64,000 nt of DNA from an uncultured cyanobacterium (GTDB taxonomy: Bacteria; Cyanobacteriota; Cyanobacteriia; PCC-9006; JAAUQQ01). Numbering within the stretch: the first letter of the stretch is position 1; each line of letters starts with the position of its first letter. Position numbers and translations under genes: made by a program. The notes under the pieces are model-generated. The model made no database searches and was not told the DNA's origin. It saw only the letters and a list, made by a program, of their open reading frames with translations. Location of the stretch: contig OY970368.1 of assembly GCA_963718615.1 (NCBI GenBank), forward strand, positions 4,480,001-4,544,000, read 5' to 3'. Below, piece by piece: positions 31,901 to 41,098 of the stretch.

Positions 31901-34465
31901 AAACTCCAGGGCAGTTGGAATTTGCATCAAGCGACCCAGGAGGATCCACTAGATTTCTTTTTGCTGTTTTCCTCCGTGGCTTCGCTTCTGGGATCGCCCG
32001 GACAGGGCAACTATGCCGCAGCTAACGCGTTTTTAGATGCGATCGCCCAAACCCGCCGTGCCCAAGGCCAAACCGCCCTCAGCCTCAATTGGGGACCTTG
32101 GGCTGATACAGGCATGGCCCAGCAAACCCGCTTAAATCGGGGCTTCGAACCCCTGCCTCCCACCCTCAACCTGGCTCGACTCCCGCAACTTATGGCCTTG
32201 CCAACGGCCCAAGTGGGACTGTTTCAAGCGAACTGGAACTTGCTCAGTCAACTCTTCCCTCAGCTTCGAGACCGGGCCTATTTCTCGGCAGTTTTTCCAA
32301 ACAAATCAGCCGACTTACAACAGACCTCAGCGATCGCCCAATCCCCAATAAAGTCCCCAATATTAGAACAGTTGCGGACAACCACCTCCGAACAACGACC
32401 GCTGCTGATTCAAGACTATTTGCGCGGGGCGATCGCCCATATCCTCCAAACCGATCGCGATCAGATCGCCCCCACCGCCAGTCTGCTCGACCTCGGCATG
32501 GACTCGCTGATGATCATGGAAGCGATTAACCAGCTCAAACAAGATCTGCAACTCATGCTCTACCCCCGCGAGTTCTACGAACGCCCTCGGTTAGATGCCC
32601 TCGCCCAGTACTTAGCCGTAGAGTTTGAGAAAAACCAAGGACTTACCCCAGACTCTGTTGAAACCACACCCCTCCCCTCCATCACCCCATCACCCCATCA
32701 CCCCATCACCCCACCCCGTCCTGCCCCCGCCCAAAAGCTCCCCCCCGTCGCCTTCATCCTCTCCAGCCCCCGCTCCGGCTCCACACTCCTGCGGGTCATG
32801 TTGGCGGGTAACCCGGCCCTATTCTCTCCCCCCGAGTTGCATCTACTTCCCTTTGAGACCCTGGGTGAACGTCGCCAAAGCTTGGGGGTTTCTCACCTAG
32901 GTGAAGGGTTACAACGGGCGATCATGGACCTGAAAGGGCTGGATGCGGAGGCCAGTCGGGCCTTAATTCAAGACCTCGAAAATCGGGACGCCCCCCTGGA
33001 AGAAGTCTATGGGTTGCTGCAAGAACTGGCGGGCGATCGCCTCCTCGTCGATAAATCCCCCAGCTACGCCAGTGATCCCGCGAACCTGATCCGGGCCGAA
33101 CGCATTATCGAAGGCGCAAAATACATTCACCTCGTCCGTCACCCCTACGCCGTCCTCGAATCCTTCTGTCGCATGCGTATGGACAAGCTGGTGGGTGATG
33201 GTCGTCAGTCGCCCTTGGATCTGGCCGAGCAAATCTGGTGCGCCAGCAACAAAAATACCCTAGACTTCTTTGACCAGCTTGACCCCCATCAGCACTATTT
33301 AGTTCAATACGAAGATCTGGTGCGCGATCCCGAGGCCGTCCTGCGCCCCCTGTGCGATTTCCTGGGCGTGCCCTTTGCGGAGGCAATGTTGAATCCCTAC
33401 AGTGGCGATCGCATGACCGACGGCATCCATCGCCAATCCCTGTCCCTGGGTGATCCCAACTTCCTCCAACGGCAGCAGGTTGATGCCAGCCTTGCTGACC
33501 AGTGGCGCACCATCGAGCTCCCCCGATTGCTTCAGCCCCAGAGTCAGTTCTTAGCTCAGCAACTCAACTACGAGCTCCCCCAGGAAGCCTTGGCTCGGGC
33601 AGCGGCACCGAGCTCAATCCCCATGACCGAACGCTTTATCAACGTGCGTGGGCTCAATCTTTGCCTTTGCACCTGGGGGCCAGAGTCGGGACCGCTGGTG
33701 GTCTGCCTCCACGGCATTTTGGAGCAGGGGGCCTCTTGGCTAGAGGTGGCCATGCGGTTGGCGGAGAAGGGATATCAGATCGTTGCACCGGATTTCCGAG
33801 GCCATGGGCGATCGCCCCACGCTGAGCGGGGAAGTGCCTACAACTTGATGGACTTCCTAGCCGATCTAGACGGCATTGTCGAACGCCTGACGGATAAACC
33901 CTTTACGCTCGTGGGCCATTCCCTAGGATCAGTTGTCGGGGCCATTTTTGCCAGTATTCGCCCCCATCGGATCCGCAATTTGGTTCTGGTAGAAACCATT
34001 TTACCGACGGAGAGTGATGACAATGAAACCGCCGATCAGTTGGTGACACACCTCAATTACTTAGCCTCCCCACCGGAACATCCCGTTTTCCCTGATGTTG
34101 CCACTGCCGCCGAACGCCTGCGTTTAGGCACCCCGGCCTTGTCCGAAGCCCTTGCCCTACGCCTCGCGGAGCGGATTACCGAGCCCTGTCCGGGGGGCGT
34201 GCGCTGGCGCTGGGCACCGCTGCTGCGAACCCGAGCGGGGATTGGCTTCAATGGCATTACCAAGTCTCGCTATCTAGGCTTGCTGCGCCGGATTCAGACG
34301 CCGATTACGTTGGTGTATGGCGATCGCAGCCAGTTCAATCGTCAATCCGATCTCCAAGCCCAACAGGAAGCCCTCGCCCATGCTAAACGGGTGATTGTTT
34401 CCGGCGGCCATAATCTGCCCATCGACGCACCTTCGGCCCTGGTAGAGGTGATTTTATCGTCCTAA
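25928..34465 (+). CDS. ols: Olefin synthase, modular type I PKS: FAAL-ACP-KS-AT-KR-ACP-sulfotransferase-thioesterase
   Basis: [17 protein letters not shown]; ACP LGLDSL; KS DTACSSS, HGTGT, IGHLE; AT GHSVG with HAFHS (malonyl type); KR GGLGALG, YAAAN; ACP LGMDSL; [13 protein letters not shown]; TE GHSLG. This is the CurM-like terminal-alkene architecture of Ols. Confidence 0.95.
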   Translation: MSQTFPSFVALLRHRAQHLSDKTAFIFLQDGETVAEALSYQALDQRARAIAAQLQDLGATGERALLLYPPGLDFIAAFFGCLYAGVTAVPAYPPRANRSLERLQAIVADAEARFALTTSALLESLEGQLFQADSSEIRCLATDRTSATGAGAIAQWAEAWEPGAIAPDQLAFLQYTSGSTGKPKGVMVSHGNLIHNSTLINQGFQDNGDSQGVSWLPPYHDMGLIGGILQPLFVGASMVLMPPVSFLQRPLRWLQAISKYRATTSGGPNFAYDLCAKQISPEQRAELDLSCWTLAFTGAEPIRAQTLDLFAEAFAPVGFQRQAFYPCYGMAETTLMVTGGDKPGVPVVTTVDGVALQENRVRSCGAWRSPSSQAPDQAPDQDQILVGSGQTLLGQTLKIVDPETFQPLADHQVGEIWVAGPSVAQGYWHQPELTQAMFQARLATEPMGPSFLRTGDLGFVQSGELFVTGRLKDLIIIRGRNHYPQDLEETVAQAHPDLQVAAGAAFAVEVDGEERLVVVQEVKRSALRKLEGAAVAQAIRKAVAQVHDLQPQAILLLKTGSIPKTSSGKIQRFACRAGFLERSLNTVYEWSANPQSENALDAATLPRLEDERRFEDERRFVPMGGQGSGKAVEIAHWLTQRLAEATGQSARSIDPQEAIANLGLDSLRVVRLSAELEDWLGLKLSPTLAYDYPTIASLSAYLAHQVDPQANPSQNEVSGVGSISAQQPVGHEAIAIVGLGCRFPGAKNPEEFWQLLIEGKDAIRPSQRWVKVSTAGGDRPDWGGFLDDVDQFDPQFFGLSPREAQRMDPQQRLLLEVTWEALEQAGIPATQLAGTSTGVFVGVSSSDYAQLQAAQGIPVDAYAGTGNAHSIAANRLSYFFDLHGPSLAVDTACSSSLVAVHLASQALNQGTCEMAIAAGVNLMLSPNLTEIFRQAGMMAADGRCKTFDAQADGYVRGEGCGVVLLKRLSVAEQAGDRILAVIQGSAVNQDGRSNGLTAPNGRAQQAVVRQALAQAGIAAADLGYIEAHGTGTSLGDPIELNALQAVLAADTPCWIGSVKTNIGHLEAAAGIAGLIKSVLALQRETIPPHLHLNELNPHIQLQEGLKIPTQAQPWPRGDKPRLAGISSFGFGGTNAHLVVGDWGGMVGRPRMGPGRSPQLLLLSAKTATALTDVVRRYEAWLATHSEADLADVCFSANTGRVRFEHRLTCVAETTAQLQQQFQGFLQGGRRPLGLWQGQAQRQNALAFLFTGQGSQFVGMGQQLYATEPIFASALNHCAQLLQPHLDCSLIELLYPPAGQTSALDETLYTQPALFALEYALAQLWLSWGVQPTVVMGHSVGEYVAACLAGVFSLEDGLRLIAARARLMQGLPQTGGMVAVFASEGRLRDALATLPESVFPEAVAIAAFNGPELIVLSGHNDALATVIDQLKTESIRCRLLKVSHAFHSPLMDPILAEFEQVAQTVTYRLPQLPLVSNLTGKLATAEVASADYWVRHIRQPVKFEASMHCLQDQGTAAAQNLAQDSAQPIFLEIGPQPTLLPMGRQCLTKTKGIWLPSLYPGKADTQQLLQSLASLAVQGVTIDWQTFYRNGNYQRLDLPTYPFQRQRCWLEDLQPPRLTATGQGAMNAVSAPQGTAYQVVWEPSSITPSDPILENRRVGTWLVLADQSGVGQAIATKLQAQGNSVQVIERGDRQSLDQFKTLFAEVLGQPTSGPAPIQGILHCWSLDLPTVASLTTDDLAPPENLVTQSAWNCASVLGLIQQLAQQASGQTFVGQRSIPLWLLTQGTQTVHGEAVTGLTQSPLWGLGKVIALEHPEFWGGLVDLASDVTAREEEAIAQFIALVTDRGLHCDQIALRDRPYIAKLQPVALPSLSAASLVIQPQSSYLITGGLGALGLSLAHWLVAQGARHLLLVSRRSPNPQQQAQVEAIRSKGVDCQVRVLDVTDTAAVQALCTELRQSAHPLGGLIHAAGTLSDGLLQGQSWESWETVLAPKLQGSWNLHQATQEDPLDFFLLFSSVASLLGSPGQGNYAAANAFLDAIAQTRRAQGQTALSLNWGPWADTGMAQQTRLNRGFEPLPPTLNLARLPQLMALPTAQVGLFQANWNLLSQLFPQLRDRAYFSAVFPNKSADLQQTSAIAQSPIKSPILEQLRTTTSEQRPLLIQDYLRGAIAHILQTDRDQIAPTASLLDLGMDSLMIMEAINQLKQDLQLMLYPREFYERPRLDALAQYLAVEFEKNQGLTPDSVETTPLPSITPSPHHPITPPRPAPAQKLPPVAFILSSPRSGSTLLRVMLAGNPALFSPPELHLLPFETLGERRQSLGVSHLGEGLQRAIMDLKGLDAEASRALIQDLENRDAPLEEVYGLLQELAGDRLLVDKSPSYASDPANLIRAERIIEGAKYIHLVRHPYAVLESFCRMRMDKLVGDGRQSPLDLAEQIWCASNKNTLDFFDQLDPHQHYLVQYEDLVRDPEAVLRPLCDFLGVPFAEAMLNPYSGDRMTDGIHRQSLSLGDPNFLQRQQVDASLADQWRTIELPRLLQPQSQFLAQQLNYELPQEALARAAAPSSIPMTERFINVRGLNLCLCTWGPESGPLVVCLHGILEQGASWLEVAMRLAEKGYQIVAPDFRGHGRSPHAERGSAYNLMDFLADLDGIVERLTDKPFTLVGHSLGSVVGAIFASIRPHRIRNLVLVETILPTESDDNETADQLVTHLNYLASPPEHPVFPDVATAAERLRLGTPALSEALALRLAERITEPCPGGVRWRWAPLLRTRAGIGFNGITKSRYLGLLRRIQTPITLVYGDRSQFNRQSDLQAQQEALAHAKRVIVSGGHNLPIDAPSALVEVILSS
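32679..32710 (+). repeat. Tandem octamer (CCATCACC)x4 in the ACP2-ST linker of ols
   Basis: Four exact copies read directly. Confidence 0.85.
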
Positions 34466-35018
34466 GCGGGATGTGGTTTGTAACCTCCCCCCTCAGCAAG
34501 GGCAAACTGGAGGATAATTTTTCACTGTCTTTTAGTGGAGATTAAGCCTAGTTTTGGAGAATGATAGAATAAATTCCTATGATTGAGCGCCTGCGGATCA
34601 TCGTTGGAGGTTTTATGAGTGCTGCGAATGCTGCTATTGAGTCGATCGAGCCTCAACCTTGTCTACTGAATGTGAGTGATGTCAAATTGATGGTGACGCC
34701 GGAACATTTCGATCGGCTCTGTATTCAAAATCCAGATTTACGTCTTGAGTTAACGAAAGATGGAGAGTTGATTGTTATGTCTCCAACGGGGGGAGAAAGT
34801 GGGAAAAGAAATATTAGCTTAGGGGCTGATGTTGAAATTTGGAATCGCCAAACGAATCTGGGTGAAGTGTTTGATTCATCGACTGGTTACGATTTTATCG
34901 CGATCGGGGGTGGGAAGATGTCGCCGGATGTGTCTTGGATTGAAAAGTCGCGTTTGGTGGGTGTGGATTTGGTTGGGTTTATTCCGATCGTGCCTGATTT
35001 TGTGATTGGGTAGTCCAA

Positions 35019-35480
35019 TTATGTGGGTGCTGGAGAGAATGAAGCGGCATGAGCCTGCTTAAGGCGCAATTGCTGGTTGTAATGGTGAACGAAATTCCAG
35101 ATCGCAGCCTCGTGGTTCTCTTGTTTCTTTGAAAACGAGAGCGCCTTTCGGACCAAGCGCGACACCCTTTGCCGCAGGGTGCAGTTGAACCTCTCGATGT
35201 AGCTCGTCAGCCCGCTTTCTTTCCCAACCGCTCGGTGGCGTTGGCTAGGAAGCACACAGGCATAGCTCTCCCAATAATCGGTGTAGATGACTGCACATTG
35301 GCGGTACACTCCCGGTAGAGACCGCCATAAAGCTTCGGCAGATTTAGCACTTCGGTCCCCGATATAAAGGCCAATGATTTCGCGAGTGTCCGCATCTAGA
35401 GCAATCCAAACCCACTGTTTATTTCCTTTATGGTCCACGAACGACCAGAGTTCGTCCATCTGGACCGTCAGAGCTTTTTT
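35019..35480 (-). CDS. insB: IS1 InsB DDE domain, reached by -1 frameshift
   Basis: QMDELWSFV, YTDYWESY, IERFNCTLRQRVSRLVRK; slippery A-AAA-AAG at 35480-35474. Confidence 0.92.
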   Translation of the reverse strand, partial: KKALTVQMDELWSFVDHKGNKQWVWIALDADTREIIGLYIGDRSAKSAEALWRSLPGVYRQCAVIYTDYWESYACVLPSQRHRAVGKESGLTSYIERFNCTLRQRVSRLVRKALSFSKKQENHEAAIWNFVHHYNQQLRLKQAHAASFSPAPT

Positions 35481-35791
35481 ACTTTCTTCGTCACTTCCAC
35501 CTCCCGAGCAACGGTTTTAGCTTTGGCGTTGACGTAGGTCTGAATGCAGCTCTCGGAGCGCTGCATCACCCGAGCAATTCCAGCAATGGCCAGCCTTTCA
35601 AGCAATAAACGTTCGAGCAAGGCTATCTCTTCATCGCTCAAGGGAAGGGATTTCGGAGTCAGGACAAACCGGCGATGGCAATCTCGACATTTATAGCTTT
35701 GAGTACCGCGATCGTTGAAGCCGTTACGGCTGATATCTTCAGATAGACAGTTAGGACAATGAAGCAGCTCTTGAGTCATCGCAATTGGCAC
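35468..35791 (-). CDS. insA: IS1 InsA (zinc ribbon plus HTH)
   Basis: CPNC...NG...QSYKCRDC, IAGIARV. Confidence 0.9.
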   Translation of the reverse strand: MPIAMTQELLHCPNCLSEDISRNGFNDRGTQSYKCRDCHRRFVLTPKSLPLSDEEIALLERLLLERLAIAGIARVMQRSESCIQTYVNAKAKTVAREVEVTKKVKKL

Positions 35792-36405
35792 AGAAGGGTC
35801 TTACCCAGTTTGCTTTTTCTTTCTCTAATGGCCACAACATACTCATCCCCCAGCTAAAGGCACTACCTGTGATTGAACTTAGATCTGCTACGGATAATCT
35901 CAAACTATTGCAGGAGAAGATGGCGGAATATCGGTGGTTGGGGGTGAGATTGGGCTTGTTAATCAATCCGAAGAATGAGCAGATTGAGGTGTATCGTCCT
36001 GGGCGGGATGTGGAGATCTTGGCGTCGCCGAGTGCGATCGATTGTGGTGAGGTGATGCCGGGATTTGTGTTGAGTATGAGTCGGATTTGGTAACTGATGT
36101 TGTTGTAGACCGACTTGAATCGCGCTGGATGTATTACTTGCATTCCCTGGCATCCATGCTGCCGTGCAAGTCATCGCAGGCCGTTAGCAGCAGGTTTTCT
36201 AGACGAGAGGGTTAATTTCATTAAGGATTCAGTTGCGCTCTATTGGGGTGGAGTGTCAATTATCCTTCGGTCTGATGTTTTACGGGCTGGCCTATGGCCA
36301 CAGTTGTTAGGGCGCAAGTGATATGTCAACGAGGTCAATTTAACCCGCAGGTTCGAGGTCAAGCTTTGACTTTTAACGCCTAGCCCAACCGTTCCCCATC
36401 CTCCC

Positions 36406-36430
36406 GTCCGCTGCAAGGGGGCTAGGTTGA
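36406..36430 (-). mobile_element. Decayed attC left arm closing the fic cassette
   Basis: Minus strand TCAACCTAGC-CCCC-TTGCAGCGGAC. It is complementary to the cassette start GTTAGGTTGA at 9/10 positions. No right arm found. Confidence 0.5.
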
Positions 36431-36641
36431 TATCATCGTTTCCTGGAATCGCTCGAGGGATAATTGATAACACTTCTCCAGTTTTAGCAAAAGACTGATA
36501 GTATTGCACGACTCTAGATTCACAGCATACCCGCCACATCTAGTACTAAATAGGATTAAGTACGCCATATATAGAGTGCCTGAAATGCTTTCATATGAAC
36601 ACCTTTGTTTGTAGTGCATATATCAACAACAAAAAGACTTA

Positions 36642-36669
36642 TAGCTCATATTTTCAGTTCTATGAGCTA
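36642..36669. terminator. Inverted repeat downstream of fic (terminator or operator)
   Basis: TAGCTCATA-N10-TATGAGCTA. Confidence 0.45.
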
Positions 36670-36698
36670 CAAACTTCTTTGCCGACAATGGATAATCC

Positions 36699-37825
36699 TC
36701 AAAACACACTTCTCCCTTCAGCTACATTCAGCAGTTCTGAAAATGCATAAACAGCAGGGCGACGCCCACTAGCCTCTCTTAGAGTTTTCAGGATTTCGTT
36801 CTCTCGAAGCACAGAAAGGATTCTTTTTGCAGTTGGCACGGGAATTTCGTTACAATTCGTAAAATCCGAAGATTTAAAAATCGGACGAGAAAAAATAAAG
36901 TCTAGTGCATGAATAGCATATTGCGAATGAGTCAAGCTGATAATTTGACCTTTTTGCTTTTCATATAATGTTAAAATCTCCTGTGCTTTTTTCTGATTCT
37001 CTTGAGCTTGTACCGCTACTGCTTTTAAAAGAAAACGCACCAATTTGTCCAATCGTTATCACGCGAAATTGATAACAGTCTTTCATAGTATTCATCACGA
37101 TGAGCTTCAAAAAAGGCACTGATGTAAAACATTGGACTTTGAATTAATCCAGTTTTATACATAAACAGTGGCACACACATTCTACCTAGTCTTCCATTTC
37201 CGTCTAAAAAAGGATGCAAAGCCTCAAATTCAGCATGTACAAGTGCTAGTTGAACTAATCGATCGGGAGCTTCATCGTGAATAAATTTTTCCCATCTATC
37301 TAGTCCCTCTTGTAAACGATCAACAGAAATTGGAACATATCGAGCATCATCAATTGAACATCCAGGTTGACCAATCCAATTTGGAATCCGTCGATAGTCG
37401 CCTGGAGATTTTCCATGCCCCCTAACTCCCTCCAACAAAACGTGATGAGCTTGCTTGATCACACGCTGACATAGAGGAAGTTCATGAAGTAACTCAATTG
37501 CAGACCACATAGCTCGACGATAGTTCAGCACCTCATTGATATCGTCTTCTCGCTCCGCTGGAATATCATCTAGTCTTCCTTCTGCCTCATACTCAAGCAC
37601 CTCACCCATAGTCGCCTGAGTTCCTTCAATGCGAGATGACAAGACAGCTTCCTGTGTCGTTAACGGACTTAATAATAGGTTGGCATTTGGAATTGCCGCA
37701 AGAGTTCCGTCATATCGAGCCAGTGCTGCACTGGCTGGTCCAATTAAGGGAATGAGCTTAGACCAGTCGATATCCTTTGGAGGAAACTTATCGTAATGGT
37801 AGTGTACAGGCTGATTCATGATCAC
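36699..37825 (-). pseudogene. Fic family protein with C-terminal HTH, frameshifted near 37030
   Basis: EAVLSSRIEGT, Fic motif HPFLDGNGRLGR. The C-terminus continues in ORF 36699..37052 after one missing T in TTTTCTTTTAAAA. This could be a real lesion or a sequencing error. Confidence 0.85.
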
Positions 37826-37901
37826 AGCCCCTAGCTTGCATACAATAGAATACTAAAATTTTTCATAGAAATGCTGTTATCGTTTCTCATTAAAATTTTC
37901 A

Positions 37902-37988
37902 ACCTAACGTTCCCAAGCAGTGGCTCAAAGCAACGTAGCGCCATTGTAGACCAATTCACTGAGTCCGTCTGCCTTGGGCTTGTTATGC
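37902..37988 (-). mobile_element. Integron attC site (87 bp)
   Basis: Minus strand: R'' GCATAAC, 5 bp spacer, L'' CAAGGCAG (8 nt) ... L' CTGCTTG (7 nt), 5 bp spacer, R' GTTAGGT. The bottom strand folds with one extrahelical C and two extrahelical T. It lies 22 bp after the stop of ORF 38011..38505. Confidence 0.75.
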
Positions 37989-38010
37989 GTCGCAATTAAC
38001 CCTTGTGCTT

Positions 38011-38505
38011 TTAAGAGCCGGGTGAAAATCGAAAAATGCTTGGCATATTGCTGGAAGCCGGAGTCTTACTAGATACACATTCGAGAACTAGCGCATAGCT
38101 ATCTACAACACTACATTGGGCACCTACCATAAATCCTGCTTTGCCAGAGGCTTCATGAACAATAAATCGGCTTCCTTTCGGCTCAAATTTCAAAGATCCA
38201 ACTAGCTGCCCTTTCCCTAGATCACACCCTAAACCTCCACATCTTGCATTCTTACCAAATGGCTCTAACTTGTATGTGTTGTATATGCTTAAGGTATTCT
38301 GGCTAATCTCAGTGTACAAAGCACTTGAATAGATTTCCTGATTATCTTCTGCTCTCAACCAGCTAAACGAAACAAAAGTCTTATTAGCATCACTCCAAGC
38401 CTGAATGAGGGAGCTATTTCTTTGTTGAGCAAATGCAGGAGAGGTGACCAAACTATGAATGAATCCAATGGCCAATAATGGTGTGAAAAAGTTTATTTTT
38501 TGCAT
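38011..38505 (-). CDS. Secreted hypothetical protein (low GC, putative gene cassette)
   Basis: Sec signal ending SPAFA-Q; four Cys; AT-rich; flanked by GTTATAC and the attC. Confidence 0.75.
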   Translation of the reverse strand: MQKINFFTPLLAIGFIHSLVTSPAFAQQRNSSLIQAWSDANKTFVSFSWLRAEDNQEIYSSALYTEISQNTLSIYNTYKLEPFGKNARCGGLGCDLGKGQLVGSLKFEPKGSRFIVHEASGKAGFMVGAQCSVVDSYALVLECVSSKTPASSNMPSIFRFSPGS

Positions 38506-38543
38506 AGAAGTGATTAATTACTCAGAAGGTAATTAAGAGTTGA

Positions 38544-38616
38544 GTATAACAATTTAGTATGCAGAACTTTTCCGTATATTGCCCCCGTGGGGATGACATA
38601 CGGAACTTTTCCGGAT
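38544..38616 (-). other. Putative attI-like recombination site with direct repeats
   Basis: Core GTTATAC (minus, 38550-38544); 19-bp direct repeats ATGCAGAACTTTTCCGTAT (38559-38577) and ATACGGAACTTTTCCGGAT (38598-38616). Confidence 0.4.
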
Positions 38617-38855
38617 GTCCCCAGGAGAACATCAGAATAATTCTGAATATCATGCCATCTAGGGCGATCTGCCAAATGATTCGGTCTATCACGCTACCCC
38701 ACAAAAACCTCCAAAGAAACTCCTGAAAAGGGCTCACGAAGCATTATACCAAGCATTATTCTCATAATACACAGAAAACTATCGAGATGGGTGCAAGCAC
38801 TGAGTTAACCTAGACGACAGCGAACCGGACAACAAAATTATTGAGATTGTGTCCC

Positions 38856-39440
38856 CTAGACCCTGGCAATAGTCACCTGCTGAGGTTGATCCTGGTACTT
38901 GCCCTTGCGGGTTTCATAGCTGACATCGCAGGGATCACCCTCAAAAAACAACAGTTGTACACACCCCTCATTGGCATAAATCCGCGCATCCGCCGGAGAA
39001 CTATTGCTAAACTCCAGCGTCAAGTGCCCACGCCAACCCGCCTCTGCTGGCGTAAGATTAGCAATAATCCCGGCCCTGGCATAGGTTGACTTGCCGATGC
39101 AAATGACCGTGGCATTTTCCGGCACAGCCAACTTCTCTAGGGCAACCCCTAAGCCATAACTATGACCGGGCAAAATGAAAAACTCACCCTGCTCATCTCG
39201 ATGGAGTTTGGCGGGTTCTAAATTGTCAGGATTAAATCGTTTCGGGTCAATGACAGTGCCGGGAACGTGGCGAAAAATGCGGAAATCTTCCGGAGAAAGG
39301 CGAATATCATAACCATAACTGCTGAGGCCAAAGGAAATGACGGGTAAATCCTCTGGGGTACGGCGGACCAAATGGGACTGAAAGGGCTCAATCATGCCTT
39401 GGGTTGCCATTTCTTTAATCCACAAATCATTCTTAATCAT
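38856..39440 (-). CDS. dcd: dCTP deaminase
   Basis: ISFGLSSYGYDIRL, GKSTYARAG, TPAEAGWRGHLTLE, YANEG, GKYQDQ. Confidence 0.96.
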   Translation of the reverse strand: MIKNDLWIKEMATQGMIEPFQSHLVRRTPEDLPVISFGLSSYGYDIRLSPEDFRIFRHVPGTVIDPKRFNPDNLEPAKLHRDEQGEFFILPGHSYGLGVALEKLAVPENATVICIGKSTYARAGIIANLTPAEAGWRGHLTLEFSNSSPADARIYANEGCVQLLFFEGDPCDVSYETRKGKYQDQPQQVTIARV

Positions 39441-40144
39441 GCTTCAATTCCTGGAATCCACATTTGTCCGGGGGGGGCGATCGCCTCGGCTGAAATTTTA
39501 AGCGCTGGCTTCGCCAAATGAACCGCCAAGGGCTGCGACGGGGGCGTTGGTCTCAGCCGTTGGCCTTGAGCTGCGTTTACCGGGCGAGCGATCGCCACCC
39601 CAAAACAATTACGCAACTCCGTCACCTGGTCCGCCGCTTGCAGAAGCGCCGCAGGCATCTGGGGGCCGGTCAGGATCACATCCGTAGATTGAGGGCGCTG
39701 CTTCAACACCCTTAAAACCTCGTCCACGGGAACGATACCGTAAGCGATCGCCAAACTCAGCTCATCCAAGATCACCTGGCCATAGGTTCCCAGCCGCACC
39801 TGATCCTGCGTAAACGTCCAGAGCTCAAGGATGGCCTCCCGAGCGATCGCCGACGGGGGAAAACCATTGACCGCCTCAGGCAATCGACAGCGCACCCAGT
39901 TCAAATGCTGACCCAGCTGCACCGGATGCTCCGGCCCTTGTCCAATTCCCCCTTTGCAAAACTGCACCACCAAAACCGACGTGCCCTGCCCCGCATCCCG
40001 CAGGGCCTGGGCCATAACCGCCGTAAAAAAATTGCGATGGGTACAGGTAAAGACCTGAACTTGCCCCGCAATCGGCAATGGACTGTGCGATTGCAACGAG
40101 AGCGGTGAGACACGCCGCAGGGTATCGTGGGGTTGAGCAATCAT
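39437..40144 (-). CDS. CobA/BtuR-like P-loop protein (cob(I)alamin adenosyltransferase family, degenerate)
   Basis: VVQFCKGGIGQG, VILDELSLA, DVILTG, ADQVTELR. Confidence 0.82.
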   Translation of the reverse strand: MIAQPHDTLRRVSPLSLQSHSPLPIAGQVQVFTCTHRNFFTAVMAQALRDAGQGTSVLVVQFCKGGIGQGPEHPVQLGQHLNWVRCRLPEAVNGFPPSAIAREAILELWTFTQDQVRLGTYGQVILDELSLAIAYGIVPVDEVLRVLKQRPQSTDVILTGPQMPAALLQAADQVTELRNCFGVAIARPVNAAQGQRLRPTPPSQPLAVHLAKPALKISAEAIAPPGQMWIPGIEA

Positions 40145-40360
40145 AGTTTCTAGTCAAGCCGCAGGATCAGACCGTTAGTATATCGACTGATTTGGGGGTT
40201 TGCGATAAAACGGGGCGAAACTAAATATAGCGTATCTCTTCCATAGGATTTTCTATCAGACGCTACATACAGGCCATAAAGCAGGGCGATCGCAAGCCGT
40301 CCTGCTTCCATCCGCCGCAGCCTCTTACAATAAATGCGTTCACTCCCCCGGAGGCTTTCG

Positions 40361-41098
40361 ATGGCTTGGCAACGTCCCGATGGTCGGCATTCCCAACAAT
40401 TGCGACCGATTGTGTTTGAGCGGGGCTTTACCCGGACCCCAGCGGGTTCGGTCTTGGCTAGCTGCGGCGAAACGAAGGTGCTTTGTACCGTCAGCGTGGA
40501 AGAAGGGGTGCCGCGTTTTTTGAAGGATAGCGGTCAGGGTTGGCTCACGGCGGAATATCGCATGTTGCCGGGGTCCACCCCAGAGCGCCAGCGGCGAGAG
40601 TTGATGAAACTGTCAGGGCGAACCCAGGAGATTCAGCGGTTGATTGGGCGCAGTTTGCGGGCAGCCCTCGACATGGACGTTTTAGGGGAGCGAACGCTGA
40701 CTGTCGATGCGGATGTGATTCAGGCCGATGGCGGTACGCGCACAACGGCGATTACCGGTGGATTTGTGGCATTGCAGGAGGCGATCGCCCAGTTGCTAAG
40801 TCAGGGCGTTTTGGCGCGATCGCCCCTCCAGCGAGGCATTGCGGCGGTCTCCGTGGGTCTGATTGACGGAGAGCCGATCCTGGACTTGAACTATCCCGAG
40901 GATGTGGCCGCGACGGTTGATTTTAATGTGGTGATGACGAGCGAGCTAGAGCTGATCGAAGTCCAGGGCACAGCCGAATCCGGCACCTATAGCCGACGAC
41001 AGCTTGACCAAATTCTCGATGTCGCAGAAACAGGCATTCAAGAACTGCTGAGACTGCAAGCCGCTGGGGCAACGCTCATCCCCTCCCATGCGGGTTGA
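40361..41098 (+). CDS. rph: Ribonuclease PH
   Basis: [50 protein letters not shown]. Confidence 0.97.
   Translation: MAWQRPDGRHSQQLRPIVFERGFTRTPAGSVLASCGETKVLCTVSVEEGVPRFLKDSGQGWLTAEYRMLPGSTPERQRRELMKLSGRTQEIQRLIGRSLRAALDMDVLGERTLTVDADVIQADGGTRTTAITGGFVALQEAIAQLLSQGVLARSPLQRGIAAVSVGLIDGEPILDLNYPEDVAATVDFNVVMTSELELIEVQGTAESGTYSRRQLDQILDVAETGIQELLRLQAAGATLIPSHAG

Larger units (their letters stand above)
35009..35867 (-). mobile_element. IS1 family insertion sequence, 859 bp
   Basis: Terminal inverted repeats GGTAGTCCAATTATGTGGG / GGTAGTGCCTTTAGCTGGG (14/19 match); 8-bp TSD TGTGATTG at 35001-35008 and 35868-35875. Confidence 0.95.
34615..36093 (+). pseudogene. Uma2 family (DUF820) endonuclease interrupted by IS1
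   Basis: 5' part ELTKDGELIVMSP..FDSSTG..SPDVSW..PDFVI; 3' part ELRSATDNL..KMAEY..GVRLGLLINP. Removing the IS and one TSD restores PDFVIELRS. Confidence 0.93.

Noticed and set aside
25928-34465. Part of a curacin-like multi-gene secondary metabolite cluster
   Set aside because: A single self-contained FAAL-loaded module with no other PKS/NRPS genes nearby; it fits Ols.
35785-36093. 102-aa ORF as an independent gene
   Set aside because: It is IS-end sequence read into the 3' half of the interrupted Uma2 gene.
38522-38737. 71-aa ORF over the attI-like repeats
   Set aside because: No family features; better explained as non-coding repeat sequence.
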